64,000 nucleotides of DNA from Acidobacteriota bacterium (GCA_037442885.1 JBBIPK010000004.1:5804-69803); one strand, 5' to 3'. Positions 39,349 to 49,120 are shown, counted from the first letter of the stretch. The notes: a model not told the origin generated them from the letters alone. Numbers and translations: made by a program.

Positions 39349-41097
39349 CTGAAGATTACACTCATCGAACCCCCTTCCACGATTGATGGCCGACTGGATG
39401 GCAAGCTCGCCAAAGACATCTACTCGCTGCTGAAGTTCCCGCCCCGCGGGCTTCCCACGCTGGAGGCGCTCTTGCGCCAGCGGGGTTACACCGACGTGGT
39501 GTCGATTGACCCGGAATACAACCCGGGCACGGACGGCCGCCTGACGCCGGCGCAATGGCAACGCCTGGCGGAGTCCGACGTGGTCGGCATCTCTGCCATC
39601 ACCCGCACGGCCAACCAGTCCTACGAATTGGCCGACCGCATCCGCACGGCGAACCCGCGCGCCCACATCGTCTTCGGCGGCCCCCACACCACCTCGTTGC
39701 CCGAGGAGGCGCTGGCGCACGGCGACAGCGTAGTCTTGCACGAGGGCGATTTCACGATCTTGGATCTGCTGGCGCGGCTGGAGGAGAACCCGGCGCGCCC
39801 GCACCTGGAGGCGGTGGCGGGCCTCTGCTATCGCGGCGCGAACGGCGAACTCTGCCGCACGGCCGAACGCCCGTTCCTCACCAGCGAGGAGCTCTCGCGC
39901 CTGCCATTCCCTGTGTTTGCCCCGGAAGTGCTGCGGGGGATGACGTGCAACGTCATCACCACGTCGCGTGGCTGCCCCTTCGAGTGCGAGTTCTGCGATG
40001 TGATTGTGAATTTCGGCAAGCAGTTCCGCTTCCTCGACGATGACACCACCGTCGCCCTCATCCGCCACGCCCTCTCGTATTCTCGCAAGCCGATCTTTTT
40101 CGGCGACGACATCTTCACCGCCAATCGCGCGCGCATCAAGCGCGTGCTCACGCGGCTGTTGGAGCTGGGGGTGAAGATGCCGCGCTGGTTCGCGCAGGTG
40201 CGGATCGAGTCGGCCCAGGACCGCGAGCTGCTCCAGCTCATGAAGCGCGCGAATTGCTCCACCGTCTTCATCGGGCTGGAATCCATCAACCCGGAAACCT
40301 TGAAGCTCTACCACAAGCACGCCACGGTCGAGCGCAACCGCGAGGCGATTGAGAACTACCACGCCGCCGGCATCAAAGTGCACGGGATGTTCGTGCTCGG
40401 CTCGGATGCCGACACCGTCGAAACCATCTGGGAAACCTACCGCTTTGCGCAAGAGATGCGCCTGGACACGGCGCAGTTCTTCTCCTTGACCGCGGTGCCG
40501 GGCCCGCCGCTGACGCAGCGGCTGGAGCGGGAAGGCCGCGTGCTCTGCCGCGGCCAGTGGCATCTGTTCGACGCCCAGCACACGGTGGTCGTGCCCAAGC
40601 TGATGTCGCCGGTCGAGTTGCAGATGGGTGTGTTCAAAGCCTCGGTCGAGTTCTACTCCTTGCGCGAGGCCTTTCGCCGCCTGTTCAGCGGCGACCACCG
40701 CTGGTACAACTTCCTCATCCGCATCCAGGGACGCTATCTCGCCCGGCAGATCATCCGCGACAACCGGGAATATCTCGAGTCGCTCGAGATTCTCCACAAT
40801 TGGCACCGCCAGCTGGAGCGGGAGGCGCAGGAGTTGAGCCAGCGCGTGCGCAAGGTGGTGAGCGAACTTGGGGTTTCGCTGGAGACGAAGCGGGTGCGCG
40901 CCCGGAGCTATCTGCAGGAGGCGATGAAGAAACTTTCCGAGAGCGCGCACCACCTGCCGGAGGAGTACAAGACCTACGCCAGCGGCTTGGTTGACCGCAC
41001 GCTGGCGCAACTGCACAAGCACCTCGACGCCTTCCTGGCGTCAGCCTCGTCCCCGTCGGGCTCGATCGGGCGCGAGCCCACCGTCAGCCAAGCCTGA
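39349..41097 (+). CDS. Cobalamin-binding radical SAM protein (probable CTG start)
   Basis: [41 protein letters not shown]. Confidence 0.9.
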   Translation: MKITLIEPPSTIDGRLDGKLAKDIYSLLKFPPRGLPTLEALLRQRGYTDVVSIDPEYNPGTDGRLTPAQWQRLAESDVVGISAITRTANQSYELADRIRTANPRAHIVFGGPHTTSLPEEALAHGDSVVLHEGDFTILDLLARLEENPARPHLEAVAGLCYRGANGELCRTAERPFLTSEELSRLPFPVFAPEVLRGMTCNVITTSRGCPFECEFCDVIVNFGKQFRFLDDDTTVALIRHALSYSRKPIFFGDDIFTANRARIKRVLTRLLELGVKMPRWFAQVRIESAQDRELLQLMKRANCSTVFIGLESINPETLKLYHKHATVERNREAIENYHAAGIKVHGMFVLGSDADTVETIWETYRFAQEMRLDTAQFFSLTAVPGPPLTQRLEREGRVLCRGQWHLFDAQHTVVVPKLMSPVELQMGVFKASVEFYSLREAFRRLFSGDHRWYNFLIRIQGRYLARQIIRDNREYLESLEILHNWHRQLEREAQELSQRVRKVVSELGVSLETKRVRARSYLQEAMKKLSESAHHLPEEYKTYASGLVDRTLAQLHKHLDAFLASASSPSGSIGREPTVSQA

Positions 41098-41176
41098 AGT
41101 CTACTCTCGTCTTCTCCCTCGAGGTTGCGGCAGCGGAAGTGTTCTGCTAAAATTTATTTTTTGTGAAGAAAGGCAA

Positions 41177-41443
41177 ATGAAGGCTGGCATCCATCCCGAA
41201 TACCACGAAGTCATGGTTTCCTGCGCCTGCGGGAACACCTTCAAGACCCGCTCGACGCACAAAGGCGACATCCGCCTGGAAATCTGCTCCGCCTGCCACC
41301 CCTACTTTACCGGCAAGATGAAGTTCGTCGACACGGCCGGGCGCGTCGAGCGCTTCCAGCGCAAGTACGGCCCGACGGTAGCCCAGCCCGCCACCAAGAC
41401 TGCGGCCAAACCCGCGCCCAAGCCCGCCCCCGCCAAGAAGTAG
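41177..41443 (+). CDS. rpmE: 50S ribosomal protein L31 (Zn-binding type)
   Basis: [31 protein letters not shown]. Confidence 0.97.
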   Translation: MKAGIHPEYHEVMVSCACGNTFKTRSTHKGDIRLEICSACHPYFTGKMKFVDTAGRVERFQRKYGPTVAQPATKTAAKPAPKPAPAKK

Positions 41444-41469
41444 CCTGAGGGTGCGCACACCTCTACTTT

Positions 41470-41529
41470 GTCATTCTGCGCGAAGCGAAGAATCTGCTAG
41501 TTTAGATCCTTCCCTTCGTTCAGGATGAC
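41470..41529. repeat. REP/MITE-like palindromic element, family A (short)
   Basis: GTCATTCTG..GAAGAATCT..AGATCCTTC..CAGGATGAC. Confidence 0.75.
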
Positions 41530-41596
41530 TTCGTAAGAGGGCTTGCCGGCGCTACCAAGAGTTGGGTAGACTCGCCGGCGGACGGGCATCCCATCG

Positions 41597-43129
41597 ATGG
41601 TCGAGACGGCGCCGCCGCGCGTCACCCTGCGGAATTGTTTCTCCCGCCCCTACGATTCAGCTATCGCCGCCGCCCGCACTTGCTATTCGCCTACCATCGT
41701 CACTCCCGAGCAGGTTACCGACAAGCAACGGGTGACGATCGGCGCCGCCACCTTCTTCGGCGGCCACCACACGGTCTACCAGCACGCCCACTTCGAATTC
41801 GGCCTGGAGAACGTCAGCCGACAGTTCGTCTGGAGCTTCCTCCACAGCCATCCCTTCTACAACTCCGAGCAGCAGTCCCAGCGCTACGTGCGGCTTGACC
41901 GCGTGCAGGCCTACGTGCCGCCGCTCGCGGGCGAAGCGCGCCAAGTCTACGAAGCCGCCATCGAGCGCGCCTGGGAAACCTACCGGAAGCTGAGCGAACT
42001 GCTCAAGCCCGACACGCACGCCATCCTGGCCGACATCTGGCATCTCTCGGAGATGTCCCACGAGCGCCGACTGAAGAAGGTAAAGCAGCAGGCGGAAAAA
42101 AAAGCTATTGAGATCGCCCGCTACGTCCTGCCCGTAGCGGCCTTCACCACCCTGGTGCACACGCTGAGCGGCATCACGCTCCACCGGCTCTGGCGGATGC
42201 AGCGCGCGGGCGACACCCCCCAGGAAGCTGCGCTTGTCGTCCAGCAGATGGTCGCGCGGGTGAAAGAAGTCGACCCGCAGTTCTTTGAGCGCGTCGGCGT
42301 CGAGCCGTTGGGCGATGAGGAATTGCCGGAACGGAATTTCATCCAGCAGCCGAGCTCCAACGGATTTGTCCGCGACTTTGACGTTCGCCTCAACGGGCGT
42401 GTTTCCGTCCTGGTGGACTATTCGCCTAACGCGGAGCGCGTGGTCGCCGAGGCATTGCGGGCCACGCTGGGGCGAAGCGAGGCCGAGTTGAGCGACGAGG
42501 CCGCGCTTGAGCTGCTGCTCGATCCGGCGAAGAACCACTATCGGCTGGAAACGCTGAACGTCGCCGTGCACTCGCCCTTGATGCGGGCGCTTCACCACGC
42601 CAGCTACACCTTCGCCAAGCGCATCTCGCACACCGCCGACAGCCAGGACCAGCGCCACCGCATGGTGCCGGCCTCGCGCCCGCTGCTGCTGCTGACCGAC
42701 TCGCCTACGCCCGACTACATCACGCCCATGCTCATCCGGCGGAACGCGGCCGCGCGGGAAGTTTTCGAGCAGGCGATGGAGGAGGCCTGGGCGGCAAAGA
42801 ACCGGCTGCTCGCGCTCGGTGTGCGGCGCGAGTTCGCCCTCTACGTCCTGCCCAACGCCACCGCGCTGCGCTTCCTCGAGTCCGGCGCGCTCATCCACCT
42901 GCTGCACAAGTGGACGATGCGCACCTGCTTCAACGCGCAGGAGGAGATTTACCAGGCCTCGAGGGAGGAGATCGAGCAAGTGCGGCGCGTGCATCCGCGC
43001 CTGGGGCGCTACCTCGGCCCGCCCTGCTACCTCCGCGCCGGCATCACCACCCCCATCTGCACCGAGGGCTCGCACTTCTGCGGCCTCAAAGTCTGGCTCG
43101 ACTTCCCCAAGATTGAGCGCCGCCTCTAG
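41597..43129 (+). CDS. thyX: FAD-dependent thymidylate synthase, tandem two-domain form
   Basis: HHTVYQH..NVSR..QQSQRYV..ARYVLP in domain 1; QDQRHR..YVLPNA..AQEEI in domain 2. Confidence 0.85.
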   Translation: MVETAPPRVTLRNCFSRPYDSAIAAARTCYSPTIVTPEQVTDKQRVTIGAATFFGGHHTVYQHAHFEFGLENVSRQFVWSFLHSHPFYNSEQQSQRYVRLDRVQAYVPPLAGEARQVYEAAIERAWETYRKLSELLKPDTHAILADIWHLSEMSHERRLKKVKQQAEKKAIEIARYVLPVAAFTTLVHTLSGITLHRLWRMQRAGDTPQEAALVVQQMVARVKEVDPQFFERVGVEPLGDEELPERNFIQQPSSNGFVRDFDVRLNGRVSVLVDYSPNAERVVAEALRATLGRSEAELSDEAALELLLDPAKNHYRLETLNVAVHSPLMRALHHASYTFAKRISHTADSQDQRHRMVPASRPLLLLTDSPTPDYITPMLIRRNAAAREVFEQAMEEAWAAKNRLLALGVRREFALYVLPNATALRFLESGALIHLLHKWTMRTCFNAQEEIYQASREEIEQVRRVHPRLGRYLGPPCYLRAGITTPICTEGSHFCGLKVWLDFPKIERRL

Positions 43130-43164
43130 GTCTTTGGGTGTAGAATTCTGGCGAGGAGACGCCT

Positions 43165-43524
43165 ATGGAGCAGTTTTCGGTGCGCGCCACCATCGCCCAT
43201 CCCACCGATCGCACAAAGAGCGTTGAGGTGGAATTACTCGTGGATACTGGCGCCACGTTGAGTTGGGTGCCCCGAGAGTTGGTTGAGCGTCTTGGAATGC
43301 CCCGCCTTCGCCGCCGATCCTTCGTGGTCGCCGACGGGCGTGCGATTGAACGTGAGACGGCCGGAGCGGTCGTGCGGCTGAACGGAAACGAGGCGAACGT
43401 GACGATTGTCGTGGCTGAGCCGGGAGATGGCCATCTACTCGGAGCGACGACCCTCGAAAGTCTCGGCTTCGGTGTCGACCCGATTCGCCGGCAGCTCGTT
43501 CCCCAAGAGCTGCTGGCCATGTAG
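43165..43524 (+). CDS. Clan AA (retropepsin-like) aspartic protease
   Basis: LLVDTGAT, ADGR, LLGATTLE. Confidence 0.88.
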   Translation: MEQFSVRATIAHPTDRTKSVEVELLVDTGATLSWVPRELVERLGMPRLRRRSFVVADGRAIERETAGAVVRLNGNEANVTIVVAEPGDGHLLGATTLESLGFGVDPIRRQLVPQELLAM

Positions 43525-43625
43525 AGCCACGGGCTGGGATTCTGCGGTATTCCTACGCGATGGCTCCTTTCTACCGCCTCCAGGCTGGCTCCATTTCCAA
43601 GAAACTGAGCGATCCAAGAAATAAG

Positions 43626-44114
43626 ATGTACTTCGTGTCTCGCAAGCGAATCAGTGAACTTCTTGACAAACCTGGGGATTTCCTCGCATCGGTGCGCGGT
43701 GCAGCCCTGCTCGGCACGCTGTTCGGAGTCTTTCTATTTCCGTGGGGAGCGCATTCTTGGCGAGGTTGGCCCTTTGATTCCGCTGAAGACTTTGGCAAGC
43801 TAATGGTTACTGCATTGGTTTTCATCCCCTTCGTTACCGTCCTCGCTCTGTGGGAGAGGAGTGGCAGCTGGAAGAACAGGTTCAAACGCACAAGCACTTT
43901 TAGCTTTCTGGCGTTTCTGGTTGTGCCTATTGTCCTAACTCTCATTCATGAGCTTCCGCGAGAAGGTTGGAGAGTATTGGACCGCAGATTTGGGTTGCAG
44001 TTCGGAGTTCCAGTGCTTTTTGTTTGGAGCCTTGTCATTGCCTTGGCAAGCTTTGTTGTGGCGAGGACACTGTGCGCAATCCGGCGGCGTGCGATACGCC
44101 AGCCCGGTAAGTGA
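43626..44114 (+). CDS. Hypothetical 4-TM membrane protein (lower GC)
   Basis: Hydrophobic helices; start uncertain (43560 or 43626). Confidence 0.55.
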   Translation: MYFVSRKRISELLDKPGDFLASVRGAALLGTLFGVFLFPWGAHSWRGWPFDSAEDFGKLMVTALVFIPFVTVLALWERSGSWKNRFKRTSTFSFLAFLVVPIVLTLIHELPREGWRVLDRRFGLQFGVPVLFVWSLVIALASFVVARTLCAIRRRAIRQPGK

Positions 44115-44147
44115 GGTTAAGGGACCTAGGTTTGTGAAGAGAAAGAC

Positions 44148-44795
44148 GTGTTGGCAGTGAACAGGATGAGGGTCGCAGGATTTACGATGGTGCTCGGAGC
44201 GGTTTTGAGTGCGACTGCGTATGAGCGGGAGTTGACGAGCTGGCAGGTGCGGGAGGCCGTCTTTCTCGGACGCGGGAACGACGCCCGGACGACGGCGTTC
44301 CTGAAGGATTACGTGCAGGCGTTTCCGGCCACGGGAAGCGGCGTCTACCTCTCGCGCGTCGAGCTCGCGACTCCCTACAAGCAGATCGTGGATCGCGCAC
44401 GGCGGGCAGCGAGCGGCTCCTACAGCGCCTTGCAAGCGCAGACCGACTACGAGTTGAGCCCGCGGCGCCTCCTGCTTGACCTGACGTTCTTGCGTGCACT
44501 GGCTACGCCGCCGCAACCCAGCCGGGCTGTGCGGCTGCTGGTCAGTGAGTCTCCCCTCGATCTCTTGGAAGGTTTCACGTATGGCGTGGCGCAGGGGGAG
44601 CGCGAGGTGCCCGTGTTCATCCAGGTGATTGACGGCATCTATGACTGCGGGCCGTTCGGCTGTTTCCTGACAGGGGCGCGCGTGCAACTGGCGGCGGAAG
44701 TGGCCCGGGTGGAGTCGGTACCACTCGAACTTGAGGTCGCCACCCCGGACGGCCGGCTCATCCGCTCCCGCTTCGACCTGGGCCGCCTGCGCTGA
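44148..44795 (+). CDS. Secreted hypothetical protein
   Basis: Signal peptide, AVFLG motif, C-terminal FDLGRLR; start uncertain. Confidence 0.6.
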   Translation: MLAVNRMRVAGFTMVLGAVLSATAYERELTSWQVREAVFLGRGNDARTTAFLKDYVQAFPATGSGVYLSRVELATPYKQIVDRARRAASGSYSALQAQTDYELSPRRLLLDLTFLRALATPPQPSRAVRLLVSESPLDLLEGFTYGVAQGEREVPVFIQVIDGIYDCGPFGCFLTGARVQLAAEVARVESVPLELEVATPDGRLIRSRFDLGRLR

Positions 44796-44854
44796 CGCGC
44801 CAATGAACTTCTGATTTACCCCCGCCACCACTTTGTAGATAATCCACGCACCCA

Positions 44855-46150
44855 ATGGCAAAAAAGGGGCTGGCGCTTCACAACAAGGTCTTCATCGGCT
44901 TGATCGCCGGAGCGGCGGCGGGCGTGGCCGCCAACGCCTTCTTCGGCGGTGCCGCATGGCTCGGCTGGACGGTGGACAAAATCACGCAGCCGGCGGGCCA
45001 GATCTTCCTCCGCCTGCTGTTCATGGTCGTCATCCCGCTGATATTTGCCTCGCTGAGCCTGGGGGTGGCGCAACTGGGCGACCTGCGCAAGCTGGGGCGG
45101 ATCGGATTGAAGACGCTGGCCTACTTTGCGCTGGTCACGGCGCTGGCCACAACGATCGGTCTCTCTCTCGTCAATCTGATTCGCCCCGGCGCGGGTGTCT
45201 CGGCCGAAGTGCGCGATCAGCTCATCGGCGCCTATGCCGGGCAGGCGCAGAGCGCGGTGGCACAGGTGGCAGGGTTCAAGCTGGGCGTGGAGATGATCGT
45301 GAATCTGGTGCCGCGCAACCCGGTGGCGGCGGCGGCGCAGGGCGATATGCTCGCCTGGATCGTCTTCTCGCTCATCTTCGGCCTCGCTGTGGGCTTGTTG
45401 CCGCGCGAGCGGGCAGCGCCGATGCTGGGGTTCCTGCAAGCGCTCGCCGATGCGGTCGTCGTCATCATTGACCTGGTGATGAAGCTGGCGCCCTATGGAG
45501 TGGCGGCGCTGCTCTTCAGCGTCACGGCGCGTTTCGGCTACGATCTGCTCCAGAAGCTGCTCTGGTACGTGCTGACGGTGCTCATCGGCTTGGCGATTCA
45601 CCAGTTCGGTGTTTATTCGTTGTTGGTGAAGTTCCTGGGCGGGATGTCGCCGCGATTTTTCTTCGCCCGCGCCAAAATGGTGATGCTCACCGCCTTTTCC
45701 ACCTCTTCGAGCAATGCCACCCTGCCCACCACGATGCGAGTAAGCGAGAACGAACTGGGCCTTCCGCGCGAGGTCGGCGGCTTCGTGCTCCCGCTGGGGG
45801 CGACCATGAACATGAACGGCACCGCCCTCTTCGAAGGCGTTACCGTGCTCTTCCTGGCGCAGGTGTTCGGGATTGAGTTGAACTTGGCCGCGCAGGGCAT
45901 CGTGGTGCTGCTCTCGGTGGTTACGGCCATTGGCACGGCGGGTGTGCCCAGCGGCTCGATTCCGCTGCTCGTGCTGGTGCTCCAGGCCGTGGGGGTGCCG
46001 GGCGAAGGGATTGCGCTGATTCTGGGTGTGGACCGGCTGCTCGATATGTGCCGCACCACGCTCAATGTTACCGGCGACCTGACCGCCGCCGCCTTCATCG
46101 CCCGCAGCGAAGGCTACAGCCTGAAGGCTGCGCATGTCCCGGCGCGTTAG
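44855..46150 (+). CDS. Dicarboxylate/amino acid:cation symporter (GltP-like)
   Basis: AFSTSSSNATLP, GATMNMNGTAL, DRLLDMCRTTLNVTGD. Confidence 0.93.
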   Translation: MAKKGLALHNKVFIGLIAGAAAGVAANAFFGGAAWLGWTVDKITQPAGQIFLRLLFMVVIPLIFASLSLGVAQLGDLRKLGRIGLKTLAYFALVTALATTIGLSLVNLIRPGAGVSAEVRDQLIGAYAGQAQSAVAQVAGFKLGVEMIVNLVPRNPVAAAAQGDMLAWIVFSLIFGLAVGLLPRERAAPMLGFLQALADAVVVIIDLVMKLAPYGVAALLFSVTARFGYDLLQKLLWYVLTVLIGLAIHQFGVYSLLVKFLGGMSPRFFFARAKMVMLTAFSTSSSNATLPTTMRVSENELGLPREVGGFVLPLGATMNMNGTALFEGVTVLFLAQVFGIELNLAAQGIVVLLSVVTAIGTAGVPSGSIPLLVLVLQAVGVPGEGIALILGVDRLLDMCRTTLNVTGDLTAAAFIARSEGYSLKAAHVPAR

Positions 46151-46164
46151 CTCCCTAGGCGGGT

Positions 46165-46193
46165 TTGACTTTCGCCAACACCTGCGCTACTCT
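46165..46193 (+). promoter_or_regulatory. Sigma70 promoter of the prfA transcript
   Basis: TTGACT-17bp-TACTCT; ATG of the uORF 7 nt downstream. Confidence 0.75.
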
Positions 46194-46200
46194 ATTTGCG

Positions 46201-46236
46201 ATGACAATGAGCGCGTCAGGCTCGCTCTTCCTCTAG
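46201..46236 (+). CDS. Putative leaderless regulatory uORF MTMSASGSLFL* (UAG) in the prfA leader
   Basis: Starts at the predicted TSS, in frame with prfA, 3' end complementary to the prfA SD. Confidence 0.55.
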   Translation: MTMSASGSLFL

Positions 46237-46308
46237 GCCCCTGCGGCCACCCTACCCGTTTGTTTTCTCGAAACCCTTTTCCGGGGACGAAGTGTGTGAG
46301 AGGAAGCG

Positions 46309-47394
46309 ATGAATCTGTTTGAAAAACTCGACCAGGTCGAGGCGCGCTACGACGAGCTGACGCAGGAGCTCGCCACGCCCGCGGTGTTGGCCGACAGCGC
46401 CCGCTACCAGAAGCTCGCCCGAACCCATGCCGAGCTGGGCGCGATTGTCGAAACCTACCGCCAGTGGAAGAAGACCGATGCCGACCTGCGCGAAGCCAGG
46501 ACGCTGGCGGCGGAATCGGCGAGCGATCCGGAAATGAAGAAGATGGCGCAGGAAGAAGCCGCGCGGCTGGAGGCGCGGCGCACGGTTCTGGAACAGGAGT
46601 TGAAGCTGGCGTTGCTGCCGAAGGACCCGAACGACGAGAAGAACGTGATTCTCGAGATTCGCGCTGGCACGGGCGGGGACGAGGCGACGCTCTTTGCCCA
46701 GGAGCTGTTCCGGATGTACTCGAAGTACGCCGAGCGGCAGCGCTGGAAGGTGGAGGTGTTGAACTCAAGCGTGAGCGGTGTGGGCGGGGTGAAAGAAATT
46801 ATCGCCGCCATTCAAGGGGCAAAGGTTTACAGCCGGCTGAAGTACGAGAGTGGCGTGCACCGCGTGCAGCGCGTGCCGGAAACCGAGCAGCAGGGGCGCA
46901 TCCACACCTCGGCGGCCACCGTCGCCGTGCTGCCGGAGGCGGATGAGATCGAGATTCAGGTGGACGCGAAAGACATTCGCATTGATACCTTCTGCTCCTC
47001 CGGCCCGGGCGGGCAGTCGGTGAACACGACGTATTCGGCCGTGCGGGTTACGCACCTGCCGACGGGGTTGGTCGTCTCCTGCCAGGACGAGAAGTCGCAG
47101 ATCAAGAACAAGGCGCGAGCGCTGCGGGTGTTGCGGGCGCGGCTCTACGAGTTGGAGCGCGAGAAGCAGCAGGCAGCGATTGCCGCCGAGCGCCGCGAGA
47201 TGGTCAAGAGCGGCGACCGCAGCGAGAAGATTCGCACCTACAACTTCCCTCAGAACCGCGTCACCGACCATCGCATCGGGCTCACACTGCACCAACTGGG
47301 CGACGTTCTCGACGGCAAGATGGACGCGCTGGTCGACGCGCTCGTCACCCATTACCAGGCCGAGCGGCTCAAGCGGGAACTCGTCGGGGTCTGA
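46309..47394 (+). CDS. prfA: Peptide chain release factor 1
   Basis: RVPETE (PxT discriminator), [20 protein letters not shown]. Confidence 0.98.
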   Translation: MNLFEKLDQVEARYDELTQELATPAVLADSARYQKLARTHAELGAIVETYRQWKKTDADLREARTLAAESASDPEMKKMAQEEAARLEARRTVLEQELKLALLPKDPNDEKNVILEIRAGTGGDEATLFAQELFRMYSKYAERQRWKVEVLNSSVSGVGGVKEIIAAIQGAKVYSRLKYESGVHRVQRVPETEQQGRIHTSAATVAVLPEADEIEIQVDAKDIRIDTFCSSGPGGQSVNTTYSAVRVTHLPTGLVVSCQDEKSQIKNKARALRVLRARLYELEREKQQAAIAAERREMVKSGDRSEKIRTYNFPQNRVTDHRIGLTLHQLGDVLDGKMDALVDALVTHYQAERLKRELVGV

Positions 47395-47451
47395 TTCCCA
47401 AAACCGCGCGGACGCGCTAGACTCCCCCCAGAACGCAGCGAGGAGGGCGGC

Positions 47452-47913
47452 ATGGAGGCGCAGTCGCTGACCGTGCAGATTTCGGTTGCTTTGATCCGGG
47501 ACTTTCTGGTGTCGGTGGTGGCGCTGGTGGGGCTGTGGCAGTTGCTCGAGTGGCGCAAGCAGCGCCGGCTGCACGCGATGGCGCAGGTGAACGAACGCCT
47601 CCAGCGCGGGGACGTGCGCCGCGCACGGCGGACGGTCTACAACCTGCCGGAAGATGCCAGCCCGGAAGACGCCGCCCATTGGCCCGACGAGGCCAAATGG
47701 GACGCAGAGCTGGTCTGCTCAAGCTTCGAGGTCATCGGCTTGATGGCGGAGGAAGACATGGTGCCGGCCAAATGGCTGATCGAGAACTGGCGCTACGCGA
47801 TTGTGCAAAGCTGGGACCGCGCCAAGCCCTTGATTGACTACTACCGGCGCACGCGGGCGGCCGATTACTGGCACTACTACGAGAAGCTCGTCGAGCGCGC
47901 GCGCAAGCTTTAG
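47452..47913 (+). CDS. Hypothetical protein, DUF4760-like
   Basis: SD GGAGG, N-terminal TM, FE.IGLM..W....PLI...R..YEKL pattern. Confidence 0.6.
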   Translation: MEAQSLTVQISVALIRDFLVSVVALVGLWQLLEWRKQRRLHAMAQVNERLQRGDVRRARRTVYNLPEDASPEDAAHWPDEAKWDAELVCSSFEVIGLMAEEDMVPAKWLIENWRYAIVQSWDRAKPLIDYYRRTRAADYWHYYEKLVERARKL

Positions 47914-47964
47914 CCACCACCCCAGTCTGGAAGAGGTGCTTTGCACCCGCTTTCGTCCAGTAGG

Positions 47965-49104
47965 ATGCTTGCCAAGGAGAATCGGGTAGCGAACGTGCGC
48001 GGAGCCTTGCGCCAGGCGATCGAGCGGCTGACGGCGGCGCAGGTGCCTTCCGCGACGACGACGGCTGAAGTTCTCCTCCTGCACGTCCTCGGCCGCGACC
48101 GTGCCTTCCTCTATGCGCATCCCGAAGCTCTGCTGACCCCTGACCAGGAGCGCGCCTATCACCATCTCGTCAACGAACGCGCCGCCGGCAAGCCCACCCA
48201 GTACCTGACCGGCGAGCAGGAGTTCTGGGGGCTGACTTTCCGTGTCCGCCCCGGCGTCTTCATTCCGCGCCCGGAGACCGAGCACGTGGTGGAAGTCGCC
48301 CTGGCGCTTGCCCGTCGGATCGAGGCGGAACGCGTCGCAAGGCAGCGGGAAAGTGCGAACATCGTCGGGGAACCGGTATGCATCGTGGACGTGGGCACGG
48401 GTACCGGCTGCATCGCCCTCGCCCTGGCGAGCGAGCTCCCCGGGGCGGACGTCATCGGCCTCGACATTGACCCCGCCGCCCTCGCCCTCGCCCGCGAAAA
48501 CGCCGCAGCCCTGGGATTGGCCGGCAGGGTGCGGTTTTTCGAGAGTGATTTGCTGAGCATTTTCTTGGAGGCAGCGCCTCGCACTGCTCAGCAGGAATGC
48601 TACGCCCCGCTCGGGGTAAAGAAGCAGGCAGGCAAGGAAGCAAAGCAGGCAGAGGAAGCAGAGGAGGCAAAGGAAGAAAACGAAGCCCGCAGCGCGGTGC
48701 CCGATGCCCGAACTGCTCCCTCCGATTCACGGTTCCCGTTTCCCGATTCCCGAATTGATTTGATCGTCTCCAATCCTCCCTACGTCAGCGAGGCCGAAGC
48801 CACTCAACTCCCCCGCGAGGTGCGCGACTTCGAACCGCCCGCTGCCCTCTATTCCGCCGGCGAAGGCTTAGAAGTCACGCGCCGCCTGATTCAGCAGGCC
48901 GCGCAGCTTCTTTCTCCTGCACGCTTCCCGGTTCCCGATGCCCGAGTCACGAACGAGCCAGCCGGGGGCGGCTGGCTCGTTCTCGAACTGGGCTACCAGA
49001 TGGCTGCCCGCGTCCGCTCCCTGTTGGGCGAGGGCTGGACAAACGTCGAAATCACCAACGACCTGCGCGGCCTCCCCCGCGTCCTCGCCGCCCAAAAACA
49101 ATGA
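47965..49104 (+). CDS. prmC: Release factor glutamine methyltransferase with low-complexity insertions
   Basis: PTQYLTG..EFWG, IPRPETE, DVGTGTG, SNPPY; start uncertain. Confidence 0.93.
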   Translation: MLAKENRVANVRGALRQAIERLTAAQVPSATTTAEVLLLHVLGRDRAFLYAHPEALLTPDQERAYHHLVNERAAGKPTQYLTGEQEFWGLTFRVRPGVFIPRPETEHVVEVALALARRIEAERVARQRESANIVGEPVCIVDVGTGTGCIALALASELPGADVIGLDIDPAALALARENAAALGLAGRVRFFESDLLSIFLEAAPRTAQQECYAPLGVKKQAGKEAKQAEEAEEAKEENEARSAVPDARTAPSDSRFPFPDSRIDLIVSNPPYVSEAEATQLPREVRDFEPPAALYSAGEGLEVTRRLIQQAAQLLSPARFPVPDARVTNEPAGGGWLVLELGYQMAARVRSLLGEGWTNVEITNDLRGLPRVLAAQKQ

Positions 49105-49120
49105 AGCAAAGAAGCAAGGC

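Noticed and set aside
39202-43075. Long minus-strand ORFs (606 aa and 472 aa)
   Set aside because: Antisense to the radical SAM gene and thyX, which carry clear motifs.
43165-43524. Retropepsin as evidence of a retroelement
   Set aside because: No reverse transcriptase or integrase nearby; stand-alone clan AA proteases are common in bacteria.
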